From a virus (Duplodnaviria; Caudoviricetes): DNA of 34,521 bases. The position numbers and the translations under genes were made by a program. The stretch lies in the IMG/VR virus record IMGVR_UViG_3300028394_000193, positions 1-34,521 of that record; one strand, written 5' to 3'. Under the pieces are notes generated by a model. The model saw nothing but the letters and a program-made list of their open reading frames with translations, did not search any database and was not told where the DNA came from. Numbering within the stretch: the stretch's first letter is position 1; each line of letters opens with the position of its first letter. Positions 16,675 to 27,000 of this stretch are shown here, one piece after another.

Positions 16675-18008
16675 ACTTGATTCAAATCACTGAACAGTTG
16701 AAGAACCCCGCTATTAGCGTTCCTCAGTTGATGCAGTACGCAAACAACTCCAACCCTCAAGTGCCTTCATATGTTGCCCTCGCAGAAATGCAAAGACGGC
16801 AATCTATGCAAGCACCTGCACAAGCTCCTCAACAGACAGTGAAAGATCAGCTTGGCGCACAGCTAATGGGATTACCTGCTGCCCCCGGTGCAAATCCCGG
16901 TGCTGCACCGCAACAATCTCCGCAACAGCCGCAGGGAGCACAACCTCCGCCTATGCAGACTCCAATGCCGCAATCCCAACCTGCACTTCCCACTCAACCG
17001 GGAATGATGCCGGGGATGGCTGGCGGCGGTCTGACATCCATCCCTTTAAATTATGCTTCCGGTGGAATGATTGCTTTTGCTGATGGTGGATACCCTGCTG
17101 GGTATGAACTCCCGCAAGAGAAGACACTTGAAGATATTCGTTTGGAACGTGAAGCAGAAGAGCTTAAGCGAGGGATATCCCGAGATCCATACGCAGATGT
17201 TAAACGCCGCTACGCCGAAATCGAGGCAAGGCAAAAAGAAGCCGAGAAGGGCGCTGGCGCTAACAAAATAATTTCTTCTCTTGCTGCTATGGGTGCTGGT
17301 GGCCCACGCCAGTTTGGTGATGTTATGGCTTCATATGCCAATACATCCACAAACATTGAAAAAGAACAGCAGAAGCTTTCAGAGCAGAACGCTATGAAGA
17401 TGGCGGATCTTCAAATGGCATTTGCCGAGAAAGAAGATGCTCGACGTAGGGGTGATTTGACTGGCGACCGCGCAGCGGAAGACAAGATTAAAACTTTACA
17501 AAGGGAAATTCTTGGACTTCGTCATCAGTACAAACAAGCTGAAGCTCAAACAACATCGGCTGGTGCCTCTGCTAAACAAGCAGAAACTCAAGCAAGCAAA
17601 GAAGCTTTTGACCAACAAAACTATCCAAAAGAGTTTGCACTCAAACAACAAGAAGTCCGAGCAAGGGTTGCTAACGCATTGCAAAAACCCGGCGAACTTC
17701 AGGTTATTGACAACATATATGCAGCACTAAAAGCAAAAGATCCAAAAGCAAGTTATCTTGATGCTGTTGAAAGTTATAAAATGGCCGGTGCCGGGGTTAA
17801 CAAATCCGGTGTGCTTACATTCAAAGATGCTCTTGAACTAGCAGGTAAGAATCCTTTGCTTAAAGGTGATGCCTTGATTCAAGAGGCAAAGAGACTGATG
17901 GCTGGTCAAAGTGGTGGGGTTGCTGGGTTGCCTAGACCATCTGCCGGTAAAAGCCCTTACTCTGATAAATCTGACGCTGAAATCAAAGCTGCACTAGGAA
18001 TCAAATAA
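16671..18008 (+). CDS. Putative internal virion/ejection protein
   Basis: P/Q-rich N-terminal region, YASGG/FADGG motifs and a long coiled coil. It is coupled to the giant gene by TAATG. Confidence 0.6.
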   Translation: MNLIQITEQLKNPAISVPQLMQYANNSNPQVPSYVALAEMQRRQSMQAPAQAPQQTVKDQLGAQLMGLPAAPGANPGAAPQQSPQQPQGAQPPPMQTPMPQSQPALPTQPGMMPGMAGGGLTSIPLNYASGGMIAFADGGYPAGYELPQEKTLEDIRLEREAEELKRGISRDPYADVKRRYAEIEARQKEAEKGAGANKIISSLAAMGAGGPRQFGDVMASYANTSTNIEKEQQKLSEQNAMKMADLQMAFAEKEDARRRGDLTGDRAAEDKIKTLQREILGLRHQYKQAEAQTTSAGASAKQAETQASKEAFDQQNYPKEFALKQQEVRARVANALQKPGELQVIDNIYAALKAKDPKASYLDAVESYKMAGAGVNKSGVLTFKDALELAGKNPLLKGDALIQEAKRLMAGQSGGVAGLPRPSAGKSPYSDKSDAEIKAALGIK

Positions 18009-21000
18009 TGGCCGATTTGGATTTGCTGCTTGAAGCCGAGCGTCGAGGTCTGCTGCCCGCTGATAAACAAGGTCTTTTAAACGAGGCGCGGTCCAGAGGT
18101 TTGATTGGTGGTGGGATTCAATCCCTAAAGCAACCACCTAAAGAGCGCACTTGGGGTGAAGCGGCAACTGATATTGCGGCAAGCGTTGGTAAAGGCTTAG
18201 GTCAAACCCTACAGGTTCCGGGTCAGTTGTATGGACTGATTACCGGAGATATGGAGACTCCGCAGGGGCCTCCGCAAAACACAGAAGAAGCCCAAAAAGC
18301 TTTAGTAAGAGGGGCGGGTAACGCTGTTATGCCGGGAATGACTGGCATTCAGGGTCTTGGTAAACGACTTGAGGAATATTCCGAATCTAAGAAATCTGAC
18401 GTTCTAAAAGCCAAAGAGGCAGAGCGCAATCGTCTTATTCAAGAAGCAGAAAGCAAAGGTCTTTTGGAACAGGCAAAAGCCGCTGGCGCTGCAACCATTA
18501 CAGACCCCGCTCTTTTGACCAGCTTCTTGGCAGAGATGGCACCTAATATGTTGCCGGTTGGGGCTGCTGCGCGGCTTGGACGGGGCGTGGTGCTTGGCGG
18601 ACAACTCGCCAAAGGGGTTGGACGAGAAGCTGCTGAATTGGCGGCGCAGAAGGCTGGAACCCGCGCAGCATTAGGCACTGGCGCTGTCATGCAAGGCGCT
18701 GATGTAGGTACAGACACCTATGAAGAGGCATACAGAGAACTTATTGCTAAGGATGTTCCTCCAGACCAAGCAAAGCAAAGAGCTTTAAACCTTGCGCGAG
18801 CTTCTGGTCTTAGTGCCGCTGCGGTCTCTCTGTTAGCCCAAAAACTTCCCGGCGCACGGCGATTGGAAGAATCGTTTGCCGGTAAGGCAGGTGTTGCAGG
18901 ACGCGCTGTCGGTGCTGTCAAAACAGGGCTTGGAGAAAGTTACTCTGAAGGGTTTGAAGAAGCTGGCGGCGCATTTGGCAAGAACCTTGCAATGCGCGAC
19001 ATCAACCCTGAGTATGACCTAACCAAAGGGGTTGGCACGGCAGGGGCGTTAGGTGCTATTGGTGGGGTTGGTCTTGGTGGCGTCGCCGGTGCTTTGCAAA
19101 GACAGGCACCTACAGAAATGCCCAAAGAGGTTCCCCCGATACCAGAGCCTACAGAACCAAAAACGGTTGAGCCATTACGGATTGGGTACAGCCCAACGGT
19201 TGAAGATGTGGTTGAGAAAGACACTCTTCAAAACCCCGTGGGCAACTTCACGCCTAACGAACTCACACCTGAGATTGTGAAGTTTGTTAACAACCTTAGG
19301 AAAGAAGAAGGCAAACCTAAGCTCAAGGCATTCTCTATTGAAGACCTTGTAGAAGCTGGTGCTCCTCCGCAAGAGATTGACCGTTTGCTTGCCTATAAGA
19401 ATCAGTTTGATGGATCGGTAACGCTCTCGGCAGCAGATGTAACTAACATTGCACAACAACGCAATGTAGATACTGAAACCAAAGGGTTTACAGATTTCCT
19501 TCGCAGGGCTACGGGGCAGGAAGATTTAACCCAGATGTCGCAGCCGCAGCTACATTCTGCGTTTGTTGCTTTAAACGCTCTTGATACGTCGCCGGAGCTT
19601 AGGGTTCTTCCTGAAGGAACCAACGCAGTTCGTTTCACTGACAAGCAATACGACAGAGGTCTTAGGGGTGTTGCATTTCAACTTGGTCAAAGTCCTGCTG
19701 TAGGGAGGACTAGTGTCATTCAACAAATCAAAGACTACACGGGACTTGAGAATGATCAAGATGCTCATGTTTTACTTCGTACAGCCATTAGGAATGGTGA
19801 TCTTGAATCAAAGCGCGTACCTCAGTATGAAGTTGTAAATAATGAAGGTAAGGTTCAGTGGGTTAGTAATAGCAGGGAAGCTGCGTTGCGCGGTGCGGAA
19901 AAACGCGGGTTCAACGTTCGCGATGGATTCCGTGAAGAGATCTCATACCCCGGAGAGGCCACGCAACTACCCGGAGGCCCCGACATTCGCATGGGGATGT
20001 TTCAAGAAGGCGAAAGACCAGAGGGCTTTGAAATCAAAGCTGGAAGCACTGTTCTTAGTGTTTCTAACAATGAGACTGATGCCAACGAAAAAGCTGCGCG
20101 GCTAAGTGCTTTACGTGAGCAAGAAGCCAAAAGCACACAAAAGAATATTAACGAACTTAACAAAAAGATTCTTGCCAGCCAGAATGAACTTGAGCGGATG
20201 GAGGCCACCGGGCAGGGGAATTCATTAGAGTTTGCTCAACTGTCCGCAAGTGTCAACGCAGACAACCAAGCTCTTGTAGACCAGACCAACCAGCTAAAGA
20301 AAGATTTAAACGACTATCAGCAGCCAGTCACAGTAGTTCCAACCAAGTCCGTTACCCCTATCGTTCGTGAAGGGTTCACCTTCTTTGATAACGGCGCAGC
20401 GGTTGCATCCTTTCCAACGCAACAGCAAGCAGAAGAGTTTGCTCTTGCCCGTTTAAACAATGAAACGCTAACCAACATTGTTAACGTTGGCCCAACCCTA
20501 AAGGGGTTGATGCCTAAGCGTCTTGCAAAGATGGCTGAAGCGGAGCTTGCCTCTCGCGGTAGGACCGAACCCGGAATTGAAGTTAAGTTTGAAGGCACTG
20601 AAGAAGAAGCACGTGAGCGGCTTGCCAAACTTGGCATCTTTTCTGCTGATGTTCAATCTAAAGTGGCAGAACTTGAGAAAGCCCTGCTACCGGCTTTGCG
20701 TAAGCTTGGCCTTGAGCGAGTTGCTTTAAACATTGTAAGAGAGATTGAGAACAACGCAGAGGGTAACTATGCTGCGGGGGTCATCAAAATCTCTCTGGAC
20801 AACGAACCCGGAAACTATCTGGGTGTTCTGCGCCATGAATCTATCCATGCTCTTAAAGAGTTGGGTGCCTTCACAGCTAAAGAGTGGGCAGTCCTAAACA
20901 AACAAGCTAAGGAAGTGTGGGTTCCTCAGTACATGAAGAACCGCGCAACTGAATACAAGGGCAAACAAACCTCTTTGTATGATGCCTACCGAGACATATA

Positions 21001-24000
21001 TAAAAGAAACAAACTAAAAACCGGCGAAATCACACAAGAAGAATTTAACAACAATGATCCCAAGGCGCTTGCGGGGTTTGATGAGTACATCCAAGAGGAA
21101 GCTATTGCTGAAGCTTTCCGGTATTGGAAGCCTCAAGCTGGTTTCTTTGGAAACATGGGATACCGGCTTTCCAAGATGTTTGACGCTATCAAGAATGCGT
21201 TTAAAGGTCTTGGGTTTAGAACTGCCGACTCGGTCTTTGAGAAGGTCGAAGCAGGAAAGATGCGTCCGAAGGGTGAAGGTAAGGGAGAGGCAAAGTTTTC
21301 TTTGCGTCAATACAAACTTGATATTAAACGTCAAAAACGAGTTGTTCAGGAAATTGTTGATTTGCCTGTTAATGAACAAGCTGCTATTGAGCGTGATGCT
21401 CAAGAAATGGATTTACCAAAAGCAAGGGTTGATGAGCTAATTAAACAAGTAAAGGCTGATAAAAAACGATACCCCGAGAAACAGGGCTGGGCACCGCTTG
21501 AAGTTATTGGCATTGATGTTACATTGGACGATGAAGGAAAACCAATACGCGGAACCGAGGCTCCAAAGTATAAATCTATTCCTTATGAATACAATGTTCC
21601 AACAGGAAAAAACAAAGCGCCCACAAAGGTAGACCCAATATGGTTGGGCAAAGTAACCAAAGAATTTCAAAAACTTGTTCAACAGATTTACACTAGAGCA
21701 AGCAAAGGGGACACAAACGCACAAGGAATCATTGCACATCAAACTTGGTATAAGAACGTAGCCAAAACTCTTCGTAATGAATACGGTGGTTTTGGTGATG
21801 TACTGGCAGACCTTCTTGGTGCTACAAGCCCTAACACGCCTGTTGATACCAATTGGAGATTCTCCATTGATGTGATGCGCCGATTTGTGCGTGGCGACTT
21901 TAACTCTGATTTAGAAAAGTTTTCTAAACATCTTGAAGATGGAAAGCCCGCATCTTCTTTCCCTTCACAAGATAAGATTCGCCAGATAAGTGGCAAGCTT
22001 TATGGGATGAACTCCACGAATGCAATGCTTGCACTTGTGGATGCTTGGAGGCAAATCAAACCCGGACAAGCACCCAAAGCCCGTAACTTTGCCCTTAATC
22101 TTATTGGGCAATCAAACATTGCCACAATTGACGTATGGGCTGCGCGTATGTTGCGCCGCGCCGCAAATGCCATTTCAAAAGGCGAGTACGCTCGCATCCC
22201 CCCTCCTGCGGAGAAGGGGGTTTCTGGAGTTTGGAACACAGATGCAACAGAGATTACTGGTGCGTTTGGGTTTGGCGCAGAAGTTATGCGTCAGGTTTCT
22301 GCAAACCTAAAGAAGAAGGGCATCAACATTGAACCCCCAGACCTGCAAGCAATTGCTTGGTTTGCAGAAAAGGAATTGTGGGGGACCAAGGGTTGGACTT
22401 CAAAGGTAGGGGAAGGCGGTTCGTTTGAAGAGAACATTGAAAAGAATCCAGCAGACCGCTACTTGGCTGGGCATTCAATTCAAGTTGGGGAAACCACGCC
22501 ACTTCCAGAAGACGTTTACAAAGTACAGCAGGACGTTCTTGATGTACTTCAAAAAGACCCAAGTGTTATTGCGGTTCGTGTCAAACCCACTAAGGGTTTG
22601 TACGGGGGGACGGTTGAAGAGTCATTTGATAGCGAGTGGGTTGTAGACAGAAACACGTTTAAACCTGATGTCATCGTTTCGAAGATTGCTGAAGTTTCAA
22701 AGGCCAACCAACAGTACGACATTTTTGTTTCTAGAGTTATTCCTCCTAACGAGGACAACCCCAACGCCAGACCCGGCATCGAACTGTACTTCAAGACCGA
22801 AGAAGATTTAAACAATGTAATGCCTATCCTCAAGTCCTTTACAGACAAAGGGCAGGATGGCTTTACGTTGGCTGTAGACCCACGTGCTACGGGCGATTCC
22901 AACTTGTACATGGGGGTACGGCTTCAGTACGTACCAGAAATCTCCATGCGCTGGGATGAAGAGCTTCGTGAGAAGCTAAAAAATCCTCAAGAACTTGAAA
23001 GGATTCTTGCGGAAAAAGCACAAACACTCGAAGACATTGCCAGCGAAATTTCTCAAGAAGAAGGCGTTGCTTACGCGGCAGTGTTACAGTACGACACAAT
23101 AGTAATAGGGAAGGAAAACTACGATGCCTACATTAGCGGAGCAACTTCCGGGCAAGATAGCGCGGTTGGAGAAAAAGTTTGGTTCGGACAACCGGTTCGT
23201 GAACATGTTGAAGCAGCAGCTAAACGCTATACAGCAGGGCAAGTCGACGAAGCAGTTGTACCAGATGGGGGCGAAGCAGAGGCCCGATACAGTCTTAGAC
23301 CTACAGAACCTTCCGTTCGACCCAGCACAGGCGGCGGGCGAGGCATCACTCTTGGAGAGCGACAGGAAGGAGCGGGAACGTTCAGCGGCATCCACTACGG
23401 CAAAGCCAAAACAGAAAGACTAAGCGGGAGTATGTTTGGCTCCGGCATTCGCGGAGAAGAATCCAAACGGTTAGCTCAGAGCAGGGACCCACGTATCAAG
23501 CGGCGGGTCTACTTCTACATCCCCAATGATGTTGGGTTTGTGATGCGCCCAGAAGCAGGTTTGGGCCAGCACGTTTACACGCAGACCTTTGACAACATCC
23601 TCCCCTCTGGGGATGAGATGTCTCGTCTATACCGTTCCGTAGACAAAGACTTCAATGCGTTTGAAAGCGCAGTGGTTGATGCGGGTTACGATGGATACGC
23701 AGTCCCTTCGCAAGGGATGATGGTCATTCTTAACCACAACGTTCCGGTTAAGTACGAAGGTCTTGCCAACGAACTCCGTACTCAAGGCAAGCTTGTAAAC
23801 AACAAGATTAAGTACAGCCTTCGCGCCAACCCGGCCCAGACAGAAACGCCTGAGTTTAAACAGTGGTTTGGCAAGAGCAAGATAGTCAACAAAGAAGGCG
23901 AACCCAAGGTCATGTACCACGGCACTTCCCGTGACATTACTACGTTCCGCCCTAAACAAGCTGGTGCCATTTTTGTAACTGACAACCCAGACTTTGCTCA

Positions 24001-27000
24001 TATCTTTTCTGGGTTTTCAGAAAAGTACATGGTCAAAGAGTTTGAAAACAAACTTTCAAATGAAGAAAAAAAACAACTTTTGCTTGAAGTTTTAGAGAAA
24101 ACAAAAAAAGAACTTCCGCAACTTACAGTCAAAAGACTTCTTGATAACATAAACAATTCTCAAAATCTTTATGTAGGCCCCGGCGGTTTTCTTACCCAAG
24201 CCCACTTTCTTAATGTTCCTTTTGGAAGCAATTTAGTTAAGGAAGTACAAGCTAGATTAGAGTCGCGTCAAAACATAATGCCTGTATATGTAAGGGCAGA
24301 GAATCCTTTTGACTACAAAAACGAAGAGCATGTAAACAAACTTGTAAATGCAGTATCAAAGCTTTCTGAAAATAAACAAAACGAACTGTATGATGAGTTG
24401 GGGCTTGAGCCAATAGAAAAAACTAGACTATTGGATTTTAAGAATGCTATTGAAGATGGCGTATGGGAAGCAATAGAATCGCCAGAAGTTCAGAAACTTA
24501 TTAAGAAGTTTGGGCACGACGGTTTCTACATCATAGAAGCAAAGGAAAGAAACCTTGCCGTCTATGAGCCATCGCAAATCAAATCTGCGACCGGCAACAT
24601 CGGCACATTCGACATCACCAACCCAGACATCCGTTACTCTGTCCGGGCAAATCTTCCTGCCTCCACTAACGCACGTATTGATGCGACTACGGGGCAGAGA
24701 AAAACCGAAGGGTTCATGGATCGAATCCTTAGTATCTTTAATCCTGATACCCGTGCAAAGCTTCGTGCTGGCTTTATCTTCCAGTTTGAAGCCCTTGAAA
24801 GAGGCACCAAGGCCCGCGCAGCTAAGTATGGTAACCGTGAGTACATGGCGGACGTATCTGCCACTGCCGCCGCTCTGGAGTCGATGCGGTCGAAACAGAT
24901 CGTTGCCGCCGCGATGCGTGACGGAGTTCCGGTTTACCGCAACGGCTTCACCACCACAGACAATTTAAACGGCACACAGAAGGGTCTTCTGGATATCTTC
25001 TCGCCACTTGCTGCAACTGGTGATCCGGATGTTTGGAGATGTTTCCAGTACTACGCTGGTTCTAAACGCGGAGCCAGACTAGATGCCGAAGGTCGCGAGC
25101 ATCTGTTTACACAAACGGACGTACAGGCAGCGAACGCTATGGCCGCGCAGTTTAAACGAGATGGCATAGATTTTGATGCGGTCTACAAGGAATATCAGAA
25201 ATGGAATGATGCCCTTGTTAAGTACATGAAAGATACGGGGGTTCTGTCTGCCGCCGATGCTGCGTACTTCACCAAGTTTGGGGATTACATTCCGTTCTAT
25301 CGCCAGATGGACGGCGAATCCACGGTGGGTCCTAAGATCTTCTCTGCGATTGCCGGTGTTCAGAAACCTAAAGCGTTGAAGGGTGGAACTGAAAAGCTTG
25401 GTGACTTCCTTGAGAACGTGATACGTAATGCTTCTGCCGCTGTTGATGCTGGTATGAAGAACGTTGCCGCGAATCGAGGTATTAGAGATGCGCTCGACCT
25501 TGGGACTGCGCGGCAGGTAAATGTTCCTAATCAGGACTCAGTCAGCGTTAAAGAGAACGGCGTTACCAAGCACTACGAACTTGATGACCCGCTCCTCTTT
25601 GAAGCGTTTAAAGGTCTTAACGTTCCTCGGATGCCTTGGCTACAGATTCTTGCAGCGCCAGCGGATGTGCTTCGGAACTTCGTGACCAAGGACCCCGGAT
25701 TCATTCTGGCTAACATCATGCGTGACTCTGTCTCGGCATGGGTTACCTCGGGTTCAGATATGAAGCCCGTGATTGATTCGTTTAAACAGTTTGGCAAGAT
25801 TCTTGCTAACCAATCCCCGGAAGCGGTTGCTATGGCTAAGGCCGGTCTAGGTGGGTATGAGTTTAAAGGCTCCCTCAAAGACAGCGCAGAAGCCTTTGAG
25901 AAGGCTTTGAGAGCTAAGACAGGAACCAGAACTAAGACCGAGAAAGCTTTGCTTCCAGTTACCGCTCTTTGGGACATGCTTGAGCAAGGCTCTAATGCCT
26001 CTGACTTGGCAACCCGCGCAGAGATCTATAAGCGCACTTTAGCTAAAACCGGCAACGAAGCAGAGGCACTGTTCCAAGCATCGGAGGTGATGAACTTCTC
26101 CCGCCGTGGGAGCTTCCAAGTGATGCAGATCCTTACCGCTGTCGTTCCATTTATGAACGCCCGCATCCAAGGTTTGGATGTTCTCTATCGCTCTGGGTTT
26201 GGTCAGGCCGCGAACGTTAACAAAGAGCGGATGCAGAAAGCTTTCATTGTTCGTTCTCTTTCGATCCTTGCTATGACAGCGGCTTACTGGGCATTAGTCC
26301 ATGACGATGACGAATACAAGAAACTTACAAAGGAAGAACGTGACGGATACTGGATTGTTCCGGGGCTGACCTTCAACGACAAGCCCTTCCGGTTCCCGAT
26401 CCCGTTTGAGATTGGCGTGCTGTTTAAAGTGTTCCCTGAGCGTATCCTAGAATACACAATGGGTCAGGACACCGAGAAGGACTTCAGGGAATCAATCACC
26501 CGCAACATTGTAGATACGCTCAAGTTCAATCCAATACCTCAAGCGTTCATCCCTATCTATGAAAACATCAGCAATCATTCCTTCTTTACAGGAGAGAAGA
26601 TTGTTGGTCGCGGTCTTGAGGATGTAGCTAAACCTCTTCAGTACACCGCATCCACATCACTTGGGGCGCGGTGGCTGGGAGAACAAACCGGCATGTCTCC
26701 AATACAGATAGACAACGTTATCCGGGGCTACACGGGCACAATGGGTATGTACGCGGTCAACATGCTGGACTCGGTCTTTTCGAGCCAAGGAGACCCAGTT
26801 AAAGCCACTACAAGGGCGGAGCAGTTGCCTGTTATTAAGAGGTTCTTTGCCTCTGATTCTGGTACGGTCGCTCAGTACTACGATCTGAAAGACGAGGTTG
26901 ATGAGGTTGTACGTACAGTTAATTTCTTGGAAAGAAACGATCCAGATAAGCTAGAGGAATATCTTAAAAAGAATGAGAACACTTACATGTTGAAAGACTT

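Noticed and set aside
19640-19805. FtsK-gamma-like winged helix within the giant protein
   Set aside because: The pattern resemblance is only weak and cannot be supported without a profile search.
19053-24968. Other same-strand alternate-frame ORFs in the giant gene (19053, 19842, 20523, 21054, 22020, 22135, 22425, 24555)
   Set aside because: They have Leu/Arg/Ser/Cys-rich shadow composition, no convincing SD that I could see, and overlap folded main-frame regions.
1150-25977. Antisense ORFs across the late arm (e.g. 4176-4790, 14191-14574, 25573-25977)
   Set aside because: They mirror the codon bias of the + strand genes and carry no motifs.
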